Assembly (NCBI RefSeq): GCF_900232105.1
Contig: NZ_LT934425.1
Coordinates: forward strand, 3,960,001-3,992,000
DNA: 32,000 nt
DNA from: Candidatus Kuenenia stuttgartensis
GTDB lineage: Bacteria; Planctomycetota; Brocadiia; Brocadiales; Brocadiaceae
Direction: 5' to 3'
Under the pieces are notes generated by a model that did not search any database, was not told the origin of the DNA, and saw only the letters and a program-made list of their open reading frames with translations. Shown here piece by piece: positions 1 through 9,298 of the stretch. Both the position numbers and the translations under genes were made by a program. The stretch's first letter is position 1. Every line of letters begins with the position of its first letter.

Positions 1-1
1 C

Positions 2-3000
2 GATACCTCATGCAGCCTGCTGACCATCGGCTACGACGTGAGAGAAAGACGCCGCGACCCGTCCTGCTACGACCTGCTGGCTTCGGAAGCGCGCCTAGCC
101 AGTTTTCTGCTCATCGCACAGGGACAGGTGCCGCAGAAGCACTGGTTCGCGCTCGGCCGATTGCTGACCAGTCATGGTGGCAACGTAAGTCTGATTTCTT
201 GGAGCGGATCAATGTTCGAATACCTCATGCCGCAACTAATCATGCCGAGTTACGCAAATACCCTGCTGGATCAGACCTGCAAAGCCTCTGTCTTGCGACA
301 GATTGAATATGGTCGGCAACGCGCGGTGCCCTGGGGCATTTCCGAGTCTTGCTACAATGCCACCGACCTGCACCAAGTCTACCAATATCGGGCGTTCGGC
401 GTACCAGGGCTTGGTTTCAAACGTGGGTTGGGAGAAGACCTGGTCATCGCACCCTACGCCAGTGCATTGGCGCTGACAGTGCTGCCGCGGGAAGCGTGCC
501 GCAACTTACAAGTGCTTGCTGATAGTGGATTTCTCGGCGTCTATGGATTCTACGAGGCGGTCGATTACACACTCTCACGTGTGCCGCGGGGCAAACCTCA
601 CGTTATCGTGCGGTCGTTCATGGCGCATCACCAAGGCATGAGCCTGTTGGCCTTTGCGCATGTATTGCTAAACCAGCCGATGCAGCGCAGGTTTATGTCC
701 GACCCGCTCACACGGGCAACAGAATTATTGTTGCAGGAACGTGTGCCGAAAAAAGGTGCCACCCTGCACCCTCACGCAGCCGAAGTGAGCGCCGCCTCCA
801 ACCCTTCCGGTGCAAACGTCAACTCGATCATACGTGTATTCACCGAGCCTAATATACCTATCCCCGAAGTACATCTGCTATCTAACGGCCACTACCACGT
901 TATGGCGACTCATGCCGGCGGCAGTTACAGCCGCTGGCGTGACCTCGCCATCACCCGTTGGCGCGAGGATGCCACCTCTGATGACTGGGGCACCTTCATT
1001 TACCTGCGTGACTGCGATAGTGGACGGTATTGGTCGACCGCGCATCAACCGACCCTGCGCCGTGCCGATCACTACGAGGCAATCTTCGTGCAGGCACGTG
1101 CCGAATACCGGCGGCGAGACCACGCGATCGAAGCGCACACAGAAATCATCGTTTCCCCGGAAGACGACGTCGAGATCCGTCGTGTAACACTCACTAACCA
1201 TTCGTCAAGGCTCCGTCATATCGAGGTAACGAGTTACGCGGAAGTAGTGCTGGCGCCATTGAATGCCGATCTGGCACATCGTTCATTTAGTAATTTATTC
1301 GTGCAGACTGAAATCTTGTTTGAGCGGCAGGCGATCCTCTGCACCCGACGTCCCCGCACACCTGGAGAGCATGTGCCATGGATGTTTCACCTGTTTGCCG
1401 TACATGGCGCCATTGCCGACGAGACGTCTTTCGAGACCGACCGCGCTCAATTCATTGGGCGTGGTCGCACGGTGGCCAACCCGGCGGCGCTGGATAGCAG
1501 CAACAGTCCACCTGCCCTGTCGAACACAGCGGGGTCGGTACTCGATCCCATCGTGGCAATCCGCCGTACCATTAGTCTGTTCCCCGACGAATCGGCGACC
1601 TTGCAGATTATCTCCGGAGTCGCGGACACGCGCGAGGCCGTATTGGTATTGCTGGAGAAATATTGCGACCGGTACTTTGTCGAACGTGCTTTTGAGATGG
1701 CATGGTTCCAAAGCCAGGAGGTGCTGCGCCACCTCAACGCAACCGAGGCCGATGCCCAAGACTATGGACGTCTGGCCAACTCCGTCATTTACGGCAATAC
1801 ACTGCGCCGCGCCGCACCTGGAATCATTACTCGTAACCAACTGGGACAGTCCGGGTTGTGGCGTTTTGCCATCTCGGGCGATCTGCCGATAGTTTTGCTG
1901 CACATTGGCGACCTCGACCGCATTGATCTGGTCAGGCAGGTATTGCAAGCGCATGCCTATTGGCGAATAAAGGGAATGGCCACCGACCTGGTGATAATAA
2001 ACGAGGATTTTTCTGGCTACCGGGCCGTCCTGCAAGACCAGATCATGAGATTGATCAACGCGGGGCCCGAAGCGCACATCATCGATAAACCGGGAGGAGT
2101 CTTCGTGCGACGTGTCGAAGAGATTTCGGAGGATGAGCGGGTTTTGCTGCAGACGGTCTCCCGTATTGTCTTCAACGACACCGCCACGACCTTGATTGAA
2201 CAGGTGGAACGCCGTGTGTCGTCAGGGCGTGTGCCTGACCGCATGGAGCCCTCGCGGCAAGCGGCCGCCGAACAGGTTTATCCGCTGGAGGTGCGCGATC
2301 TAATTTTCAGCAACGGTCTGGGCGGCTTCACGCATGATGGGCACGAATATGTCATCACCCTTGAACCGGGACAAAACACGCCGGCTCCATGGGTCAATGT
2401 GATTGCCAGCCCGCACATCGGTACGGTAGTTAGCGAGAGCGGCAGCGCCTATACCTGGGTGGAAAACGCGCACGAGTTCCGGTTGACCACATGGCACAAT
2501 GACCCGCTAACCGACATCAGCGGCGAGGCACTCTATATCCGCGACGAGAAAACTGGTACATTCTGGTCGCCGACGCCGTTACCCGCCCGGGGGCACTCCG
2601 GTTATGTGTGCCGGCATGGGTTCGGCTACAGCGTGTTCGAGCACCTAGAAGTAGGCATCGCCTCTGAATTATTCACCTACGTCGCCATGGACGCACCGGT
2701 GAAGTTCTTGGTGGTCAATTTGCACAATCAATCAAATCGCGTGCGCAGTCTGTCGTTGACCGGATATTGGGAACTGGTACTTGGCGAGTGGCGACATGCC
2801 AATCTGATGCATATCGTCACCCAGAAGGATCCCCAAAGCGGTGCGCTGTTTGCTAACAATGCCTACGGCCGCGAATGCGCCAATCGAGTGGTCTTTGCCC
2901 ATGTCAGCGAGCGAGATTACTCGGTAAGCGGAAGCCGTACCGAATTCATCGGCCGCAACGGCTCGCTGGTCAGCCCGGCGGCGATGCGTCAAAAACGATT

Positions 3001-4723
3001 GTCGGGCAGGACCGGGGCCGGCATGGACCCGTGCGCCTCGATACAAACCAGGATCGAACTTGCCGCAGGGCAAAAGCGCGAGATCGTGTTCATATTCGGC
3101 GCAGCCCGCAATGTCGCTGAAGCGCAGTATTTCATCCAGCAATTTGGCGGACCGGCTGGCGCCAGACAGGCGTTGGAAACAGTGTGGGAACACTGGAATC
3201 ACACCTTGGGTGCAGTACATGTGGAAACACCAGATCCCGCACTAAATATGCTGGCCAACGGCTGGCTTGTCTATCAGACACTGTCTTGCAGGTTATGGGG
3301 GCGCAGTGGTTATTATCAGTCCGGAGGCGCCTACGGGTTCCGTGATCAATTGCAGGACACCATGGCGCTGATCCATGCAACGCCATGGCTCGCCCGTGAG
3401 CACTTGCTCCGCTGCGCCGGACGCCAGTTTCTCAAAGGCGACGTGCAACACTGGTGGCACCCTCCCAACGGACAAGGCGTGCGCACCCATTTCTCCGATG
3501 ACTATCTCTGGCTGCCGTATGCAACCATTCGTTATGTGCAGGCGACCGGGGATACAGGCGTACTCGATGAGACCATCCATTTCCTGGAGGGACGCGAATT
3601 GAATTCGAAAGAGGAGGCTTACTACGACCAGCCGCAACGCTCGCCCGAAAAAGCCAGCCTCTATGAGCACTGCGTACGCGCCATTAAGCACGGTTTGCGT
3701 TTCGGCATCCATCAATTGCCACTGATGGGCTGCGGCGACTGGAACGATGGAATGAATCTTGTCGGTAGCGATGGCAAGGGTGAAAGTGTATGGCTGGCGT
3801 GGTTTCTGTACGATAACCTGCAACGATTTGCCGACATTGCGCATAGTCGCGACGACGCGGACTTTGCCGAAGTGTGCAGCGGGCAGGCCGAGCGGCTGCG
3901 CATTCACATTGAGGCAAATGCCTGGGACGGCGCCTGGTATCGGCGTGCCTGGTTCGATGATGGCACCCCCTTGGGTTCGTCTGTTAACGACGAATGCCGG
4001 ATCGATTCGATCAGCCAGAGCTGGGCGGTTATCTCAAACGGCGGCGATCAGACGCGAGCCCGCCAGGCGATGGCAGCGGTAGACCAGCACCTGGTGCAAC
4101 GCGAAGCGCAGTTGATTCAGTTGCTCGATCCACCCTTCGATAAATCAAACATGGAACCTGGCTACATCAAAGGTTACATACCAGGCGTCCGCGAAAATGG
4201 CGGACAATATACCCATGCCGCAGTTTGGGCTACAATGGCATTTGCCATGATGGGTGACATGGAACGCGCGTGGGAATTCTTCGGCATACTCAATCCCATC
4301 AATCATGGCAGCACGCCTGAGGCCATCGAACGCTACAAGGTCGAGCCTTACGTCATGTGTGCGGACATCTATGGTGCATCGCCACACATCGGTCGCGGCG
4401 GCTGGACATGGTACACCGGGGCGGCTGGCTGGATGTACCGGCTGACAGTTGAAACCTTGCTGGGCCTGCAACTTGAAGTGGACATTCTGCGTATCGTACC
4501 ATGTATTCCAGCCCATTGGGCATCGTACAAAATTCACTACCGCTATCGCGACACCGTCTACCATATCATCGTCAACCGTGTAGTTGAAAATTCACAGCAG
4601 GTGGTCCGCGTATCCTTGGACGGCACTGAGGTAAATGGTGCCGGCGAGGCGGGAGCCGGTCGAGGCTGTATCCCACTCGTGAACGACTGCCAGGCGCACC
4701 AAGTTGTTGTAGAGCTGGGATGA
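2..4723 (+). CDS. NdvB/ChvB-type cyclic beta-1,2-glucan synthase / GH94 glycoside phosphorylase family protein, C-terminal ~1570 aa (5' end outside window)
   Basis: Frame-2 ORF is open from base 2, with no stop before the first Met at 38. Stop is TGA at 4721-4723. Family-typical strings include DPSCYDLLASEARLASF, SGSMFEYLMP and GCGDWNDGMN (nt 3728-3757). I recall the last as the catalytic-Asp region of GH94 cellobiose/chitobiose phosphorylase-like domains. Codon usage is GC-rich, unlike the rest of the window. Confidence 0.85.
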   Translation, partial: DTSCSLLTIGYDVRERRRDPSCYDLLASEARLASFLLIAQGQVPQKHWFALGRLLTSHGGNVSLISWSGSMFEYLMPQLIMPSYANTLLDQTCKASVLRQIEYGRQRAVPWGISESCYNATDLHQVYQYRAFGVPGLGFKRGLGEDLVIAPYASALALTVLPREACRNLQVLADSGFLGVYGFYEAVDYTLSRVPRGKPHVIVRSFMAHHQGMSLLAFAHVLLNQPMQRRFMSDPLTRATELLLQERVPKKGATLHPHAAEVSAASNPSGANVNSIIRVFTEPNIPIPEVHLLSNGHYHVMATHAGGSYSRWRDLAITRWREDATSDDWGTFIYLRDCDSGRYWSTAHQPTLRRADHYEAIFVQARAEYRRRDHAIEAHTEIIVSPEDDVEIRRVTLTNHSSRLRHIEVTSYAEVVLAPLNADLAHRSFSNLFVQTEILFERQAILCTRRPRTPGEHVPWMFHLFAVHGAIADETSFETDRAQFIGRGRTVANPAALDSSNSPPALSNTAGSVLDPIVAIRRTISLFPDESATLQIISGVADTREAVLVLLEKYCDRYFVERAFEMAWFQSQEVLRHLNATEADAQDYGRLANSVIYGNTLRRAAPGIITRNQLGQSGLWRFAISGDLPIVLLHIGDLDRIDLVRQVLQAHAYWRIKGMATDLVIINEDFSGYRAVLQDQIMRLINAGPEAHIIDKPGGVFVRRVEEISEDERVLLQTVSRIVFNDTATTLIEQVERRVSSGRVPDRMEPSRQAAAEQVYPLEVRDLIFSNGLGGFTHDGHEYVITLEPGQNTPAPWVNVIASPHIGTVVSESGSAYTWVENAHEFRLTTWHNDPLTDISGEALYIRDEKTGTFWSPTPLPARGHSGYVCRHGFGYSVFEHLEVGIASELFTYVAMDAPVKFLVVNLHNQSNRVRSLSLTGYWELVLGEWRHANLMHIVTQKDPQSGALFANNAYGRECANRVVFAHVSERDYSVSGSRTEFIGRNGSLVSPAAMRQKRLSGRTGAGMDPCASIQTRIELAAGQKREIVFIFGAARNVAEAQYFIQQFGGPAGARQALETVWEHWNHTLGAVHVETPDPALNMLANGWLVYQTLSCRLWGRSGYYQSGGAYGFRDQLQDTMALIHATPWLAREHLLRCAGRQFLKGDVQHWWHPPNGQGVRTHFSDDYLWLPYATIRYVQATGDTGVLDETIHFLEGRELNSKEEAYYDQPQRSPEKASLYEHCVRAIKHGLRFGIHQLPLMGCGDWNDGMNLVGSDGKGESVWLAWFLYDNLQRFADIAHSRDDADFAEVCSGQAERLRIHIEANAWDGAWYRRAWFDDGTPLGSSVNDECRIDSISQSWAVISNGGDQTRARQAMAAVDQHLVQREAQLIQLLDPPFDKSNMEPGYIKGYIPGVRENGGQYTHAAVWATMAFAMMGDMERAWEFFGILNPINHGSTPEAIERYKVEPYVMCADIYGASPHIGRGGWTWYTGAAGWMYRLTVETLLGLQLEVDILRIVPCIPAHWASYKIHYRYRDTVYHIIVNRVVENSQQVVRVSLDGTEVNGAGEAGAGRGCIPLVNDCQAHQVVVELG

Positions 4724-5281
4724 TGGTAGATTGAAGGGTTGGGAAGCGTGTGCTTTCCTGGTATTTTTGTAAATGGCGTGGCTGACCACGAACAGGCGAC
4801 CAATTTTAATATTTAGATTCAAGCTTGAATCGGTGCATTCCTTTGTGCTCGTTGTGTAATTTTTATTATTTGTAATCTCTTATGGAGTATGATATTTTCT
4901 TGAAAAATATTTTGCTATAAGCTTTACTTAAAACAAAAAAACATATTACCATTGCTTTGATGACCTCAATGGAGGCTATCTATTTTACGGGGAAACGGAA
5001 TTTCTCAATCATCGGAGGCTTGGTACCTTATCAGTAATTTCTTTGCATTTTTTTAACAAAATATCTAATCGTCCAATATACAGTTGGCAATCCGCGGTTG
5101 ACCAATGACAAATGACTGGCAACTGTAGGCCGTTTTCCTGCTTGTTTGGTTCTGGCTTTGGCAGGTTAGGGGTGCGCAGTTAAAAGATAACGTTAAATAA
5201 TTAATCGAATTAAGAAGTAGGTAAGAGGTCTCCGTGTTTTTAAATGAATAATTTAAACAAATTTATCATCAGATTGTAATT

Positions 5282-6373
5282 ATGCCAGAAAAAAAAGACT
5301 ATTATGATTTATTAGGTATTGCGAAAAATGCTTCTAAGGAAGATGTAAAATCTGCATACCGAAGATTGGCTAAAAAATTTCACCCGGATCTTAATAAAGA
5401 TAATCCAAAATCATCAGAAGAAAAATTTAAAGAAATATCTGAAGCGTATGAGGTGCTGATTGACGATAACAAACGTGCAAAGTATGATAGTTATGGTTAT
5501 GCCGGAGTCGAATCTGATTTTGGGAAAGAGGGTTTTTCTTGGCAGAATTTTACCCATATAAATGATTTGGAAGATATATTTGGTCACGATATATTTTCTG
5601 ATTTTTTTGGCGCCAGGACCAGTGGATATGGAAAGCCGGAAAGAAAGATACGACGCGTACAAGTAGAAATCAGCTTAGAGCAGGCATATAGAGGGGTTAG
5701 TACTGAAGTGGCTATTCCACATATGGAAAAATGCGGTGACTGTAATGGGTCTGGAGCGGAAAAGGGCACAAGCTTAAAAATTTGTAATAGATGTGATGGA
5801 CGCGGAGAAGTGAAACAGGAACAATTGCAAGAATTTGGCAGAATAATTAAGATTGGTGTGTGTCCTGTATGTAATGGGCGTGGGAAAATTATAGAGAAAT
5901 TCTGCCAGAGTTGTCATGGCACTGGTGAAATTCAAAGACTGGACAAAATAAAAATAAAAATACCTCCTGGTGTAGATAATGGCACGACATTAAGAATAGC
6001 ACCGGACAAAAGCGGTGGACGTTTGAAAGAAAATATATATGTTTATATTTCAATACAACCGCACCCTTTTTTTCGCAGACAGGCGAATGATGTGTATATT
6101 AAAAAAGAAATTTCGTTAATTGATGCAACATTAGGTTCTAAAGTAGAAGTGCCTACTTTGGATGGAAATGCTATAATGAAGATACCGCAGGGTACTCAGA
6201 CCAACACATTATTTCGGTTGCGTAACAGTGGCATGCCATATTTAAGGGGGCACGGACACGGCGATCAGTATGTTAGAGTGATAGTTAAAACACCTAAAAA
6301 TATAACAAAAAGACAAAGGGAACTTCTTGAAGAGTTTGAGAAGCACGAGAAAGAGAAAAGTACTAAAACGTAG
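5282..6373 (+). CDS. dnaJ: Molecular chaperone DnaJ (J-domain plus zinc-finger type)
   Basis: N-terminus KDYYDLLGI...KFHPDLNKDN carries the J-domain HPD motif. Four CxxCxGxG repeats are present (CGDCNGSG, CNRCDGRG, CPVCNGRG, CQSCHGTG). The C-terminal substrate-binding region is typical. No dnaK or grpE is adjacent. Confidence 0.93.
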   Translation: MPEKKDYYDLLGIAKNASKEDVKSAYRRLAKKFHPDLNKDNPKSSEEKFKEISEAYEVLIDDNKRAKYDSYGYAGVESDFGKEGFSWQNFTHINDLEDIFGHDIFSDFFGARTSGYGKPERKIRRVQVEISLEQAYRGVSTEVAIPHMEKCGDCNGSGAEKGTSLKICNRCDGRGEVKQEQLQEFGRIIKIGVCPVCNGRGKIIEKFCQSCHGTGEIQRLDKIKIKIPPGVDNGTTLRIAPDKSGGRLKENIYVYISIQPHPFFRRQANDVYIKKEISLIDATLGSKVEVPTLDGNAIMKIPQGTQTNTLFRLRNSGMPYLRGHGHGDQYVRVIVKTPKNITKRQRELLEEFEKHEKEKSTKT

Positions 6374-6523
6374 TTACAATTTAGTTTTTTGAAAAACTCA
6401 AATAATAGCGATGTTTGCCACACGGCGTAGGGGCGAAGCATTTGTCAGTTTGGGCATAAATGTATTTATAACAATTTAAGGCAAATGCTTCGCCCCTACT
6501 TTTTCAAAAAACTAAAGTGTTAC
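6373..6523. repeat. 151-bp nested inverted-repeat (foldback / MITE-like) element starting at the dnaJ stop codon
   Basis: Outer arms are 6373-6396 (gttacaatttagttttttgaaaaa) and 6500-6523 (tttttcaaaaaactaaagtgttac), matching at 22/24. Inner arms are 6427-6444 (gtaggggcgaagcatttg) and 6482-6499 (caaatgcttcgcccctac), matching at 18/18. The left side carries a 30-nt insert between its outer and inner arm. A third copy of the arm unit lies at 12184-12226. Confidence 0.85.
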
Positions 6524-6557
6524 ATTATAGCAGAATTTATTATGAGCTAAGGGTTTC

Positions 6558-7367
6558 TTGAATATTGCGATTATAACAATAACTGAAAAAGGGGTTGAGA
6601 CGTCGAAAAGGATTGTTTCGTATATAGATACCACCCCTTCAGTGTATATCTTTAACTCCGACGATAAAAATGAGATAGTTAATGCCGGAGATAATTTGAA
6701 TAATGCTGTGTACTTTAATGAACCGCTTCACCAATTAGTCGGGAAATTATTCAATGATTATGACGGGATAATATTTGTAATGGCTACGGGGATAGTGGTT
6801 CGGGTGATTGCTCCCTGTATTAAAAACAAATATATAGATCCTGCGATAGTGGTAGTGGATGATGTGGGGCGTTATATAATCAGTTTGCTTTCAGGGCATG
6901 AAGGTGGCGCAAATATGCTGGCGTATAAAGTTGCCTGTATATTACATTCGAGTGCTGTTATTACTACCGGGACTGAAGCGCACAAAGATATTATTGTTGG
7001 AATTGGATGTAAAAAAGGGATTACTTCGCATGAAGTAAAAAAGGCAATTGAAGACGCTCTTAATAAGATTTCCCTGAGAATAGAAAACGTTAGGTTAATT
7101 TCTACGGTTGAAATTAAAGCAAAAGAACCGGGATTATTGCAAGCTTCTGATGAACTTAGGATACCGCTGAACGTTGTGTCTTTACCTGAAATTGGCACTT
7201 GTATAAAGGAATACAGTAAGTCAGCTTTTGTAAAAGAAAAGATAGGCGTCTGGGGTGTCTGTGAACCATCTGCACTTTTAGCAGGGAGGAAAACACAATT
7301 AATTTTAAAGAAACAGAAATATCCGGGAATAACAATAGCCATTGCCAGGGAAAACTTTATGTGGTAG
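6558..7367 (+). CDS. cbiG: Cobalt-precorrin-5A hydrolase CbiG
   Basis: 269 aa with a TTG start. N-terminal IAIITITEKG and C-terminal GVCEPSALLAG...ITIAIARE are typical of the CbiG N and C domains. It lies immediately upstream of, and overlaps, cbiH. Confidence 0.8.
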   Translation: MNIAIITITEKGVETSKRIVSYIDTTPSVYIFNSDDKNEIVNAGDNLNNAVYFNEPLHQLVGKLFNDYDGIIFVMATGIVVRVIAPCIKNKYIDPAIVVVDDVGRYIISLLSGHEGGANMLAYKVACILHSSAVITTGTEAHKDIIVGIGCKKGITSHEVKKAIEDALNKISLRIENVRLISTVEIKAKEPGLLQASDELRIPLNVVSLPEIGTCIKEYSKSAFVKEKIGVWGVCEPSALLAGRKTQLILKKQKYPGITIAIARENFMW

Positions 7368-8119
7368 GTATAGGCCCAGGCTCTAAAGAAGACATGAGTG
7401 TGAGGGCATTGGAGGCGGTAAAAAAATCTGATACTATTATAGGTTACCGCCTTTATGTTGATTTGTTACGTGATATTACCAGCGGGAAAGAAATTATCTC
7501 CTCGGCGATGCGCAAGGAAGTTGAACGTGTAGAATTGGCTATTCGGGAAGCGCTGAAAGGGAAAATAGTATCGCTCATTAGTAGCGGAGATTCTGGTGTT
7601 TATGGTATGGCTGGCCTTGTTATGGAAATGTTGCACAAAGAAAATATTTGCTTGCCGCTGGAAATTATTCCTGGCATTCCCGCTGCCAATGCTGCCGCGG
7701 CCCTTCTTGGCGCACCACTGATGCATGATTATGCTGTAATAAGTCTCAGTGATTTATTAACTCCATGGGAAACAATTGAAAAACGTGTGAAAAACGCTGC
7801 AGAGGCTGATTTTGTAATGGTTATTTATAATCCTAAAAGTTCTCAAAGGAATTGGCAGCTTAAAAAGACGGTCGAAATTATTTTGAAATACAAAAACGCT
7901 GCGACACCGGTAGGAGTAGTGAAAAATGCGAAAAGAGAAGGGGAGTCTATAGCCATTACTACTTTAGGCAAAATGGACCAAAATTCAATTGATATGATGA
8001 CAATCGTGATCATTGGAAATGCCTCTTCGTTCACATTTCAGAATTACATGGTTACTAAAAGAGGGTATAATTTATACTCAAGCACGAATAAATCTGAAAA
8101 GCCAAAATCCGAAGCGTGA
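7361..8119 (+). CDS. cbiH: Cobalt-factor III / precorrin-3B C17-methyltransferase CbiH
   Basis: VGIGPGS...SDTIIGYRLYVDLL...SSGDSGVYGMAGLV are tetrapyrrole methylase motifs as in CbiH/CobJ. GTG start overlaps the cbiG stop by 7 nt. Confidence 0.85.
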   Translation: MVGIGPGSKEDMSVRALEAVKKSDTIIGYRLYVDLLRDITSGKEIISSAMRKEVERVELAIREALKGKIVSLISSGDSGVYGMAGLVMEMLHKENICLPLEIIPGIPAANAAAALLGAPLMHDYAVISLSDLLTPWETIEKRVKNAAEADFVMVIYNPKSSQRNWQLKKTVEIILKYKNAATPVGVVKNAKREGESIAITTLGKMDQNSIDMMTIVIIGNASSFTFQNYMVTKRGYNLYSSTNKSEKPKSEA

Positions 8120-8164
8120 AATCCGAATCAAATTTAAATGAACAAAATTCAAAATGTTTTGGGC

Positions 8165-8180
8165 ATTCAAATATTTGAAT
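8165..8180. promoter_or_regulatory. Perfect 16-bp palindrome ATTCAAATATTTGAAT upstream of the hydrogenase operon (candidate operator)
   Basis: Read directly from the sequence, 81 bp upstream of the 8261 start. A second 10-bp palindrome, tcgaattcga, lies at 8214-8223. No known regulator consensus could be assigned. Confidence 0.25.
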
Positions 8181-8260
8181 TTAGGATTTGTTTCGAGTTT
8201 TGATATTAGATATTCGAATTCGATTGCGGCTACTCCGCACCAGGAATACTTTGGATAAAT

Positions 8261-9298
8261 ATGCCTATATTGATTAAAAAAGAAGACATAGATATTTTTT
8301 TAAAGAAACTAAAAGAAGAATATACGGTTTACGGTGTTAAGCAAAAAGAAACAGGGTTTTATATTTTTGATGAAATAGAGACATTTTCCGACCCACTTGA
8401 TAATTATATACCTACATTGCTTCCTCCCAAAAAATACCTTTTTCCCCAACGAGAAACGCTCTTAAGCTTTTCTACCGCCCCTTATCCTGATGTAAAATCC
8501 GTGATTGAATCAAAAAAACAGGTAATCTTTGGCGTCCGTCCCTGTGATATCCATGGGATTAAATTGCTCGATAAGGTGTTTACTGCCGATCGTGAAGACA
8601 AAAATTATACTCAAAAACGTGCAAATACCATCATCATTGGAATTGATTGCATGAAGCCCTGCTATAAGTATGCTTATTGTGAAAGTGTCGGATGTTTGGA
8701 CGTAGAAGAAGGATTTGATATTTTATTAACCGACATAGGTGATTGTTTTTATGCCTCCATTGGAACTGCACGCGGGGAAGTTATTATCAAAGAAAATGCT
8801 TGTTTTATACATGCGGGAAAACATGAAGATGAAAAGATTTGCCGTATGAAAGAAGAACGCAAGGGACGATTTGAGAAAAAATTTTTGACAGAGGTATCAA
8901 ATCTTCCTTCATTATTTAAAAATGCAGATAACGATCCTGTCTGGGATGAACTAAATGACAGGTGTTTAGGATGCGGAAGATGTAATATTGTTTGCCCAAC
9001 CTGTTATTGTTTTGATGTTTTTGATTGTGTGGATTTAACTATGACATCAGGAGAGAGACGCCGCCAGTGGGATGCTTGTACATTAAAAGATTTTTCTGTA
9101 GTTGCAACAGGCGAAAATTTCAGACCAACGAGAGGTCAGAGATTACGGCACAGGTTTAACCGAAAGTTTAATTACTTAATGACAAAACACAGCACATCAT
9201 TTTGCGTTGGTTGTGGAAGATGTTCCAGGTCATGTCCCGTACATATAGATGTTGCAGAAACCGTAAATGCAGTTATAAACAATAATAAGCAAAAATGA
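8261..9298 (+). CDS. hyhB: [NiFe]-hydrogenase group 3b (sulfhydrogenase) beta subunit, 4Fe-4S protein, AsrA-like
   Basis: Two ferredoxin-type motifs are present, CLGCGRCNIVCPTCYC and CVGCGRCSRSCP. It is first in an operon with the HydB-G-D-A order known from Pyrococcus sulfhydrogenase. Confidence 0.8.
   Translation: MPILIKKEDIDIFLKKLKEEYTVYGVKQKETGFYIFDEIETFSDPLDNYIPTLLPPKKYLFPQRETLLSFSTAPYPDVKSVIESKKQVIFGVRPCDIHGIKLLDKVFTADREDKNYTQKRANTIIIGIDCMKPCYKYAYCESVGCLDVEEGFDILLTDIGDCFYASIGTARGEVIIKENACFIHAGKHEDEKICRMKEERKGRFEKKFLTEVSNLPSLFKNADNDPVWDELNDRCLGCGRCNIVCPTCYCFDVFDCVDLTMTSGERRRQWDACTLKDFSVVATGENFRPTRGQRLRHRFNRKFNYLMTKHSTSFCVGCGRCSRSCPVHIDVAETVNAVINNNKQK

Noticed and set aside
10-4822. More than 25 ORFs of 60-260 aa on both strands overlapping the GH94 gene (for example 1295-2077 -, 3293-3907 -, 1263-1892 +).
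   Set aside because: They are long stop-free alternative frames, as expected in GC-rich DNA. Their translations are Arg/Pro/Ala/Ser-rich nonsense and they lie entirely inside a well-supported 4.7-kb gene.
5085-5165. Sigma-54-like TGGCA...TTG strings and the imperfect inverted repeat cagttggcaa...ctggcaactg upstream of dnaJ. I also looked for CIRCE, HAIR and sigma-32 heat-shock elements.
   Set aside because: The -12 element does not fit (TTGA rather than TTGC at correct spacing) and the repeat has central mismatches. No CIRCE (TTAGCACTC-N9-GAGTGCTAA) or HAIR sequence is present.
7310-7367. Possible CbiG-CbiH fusion or recoding. The cbiH frame upstream of its GTG reads ...QGKLYVVGIGPG, resembling the common MxGKLYVVGIGPG N-terminus, yet has no start codon back to the stop at 7307-7309.
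   Set aside because: Only four extra residues are involved. A GTG start giving MVGIGPGS is comparable to the Salmonella CbiH N-terminus (MLSVIGIGPG, from memory). There is no slippery sequence at the overlap.
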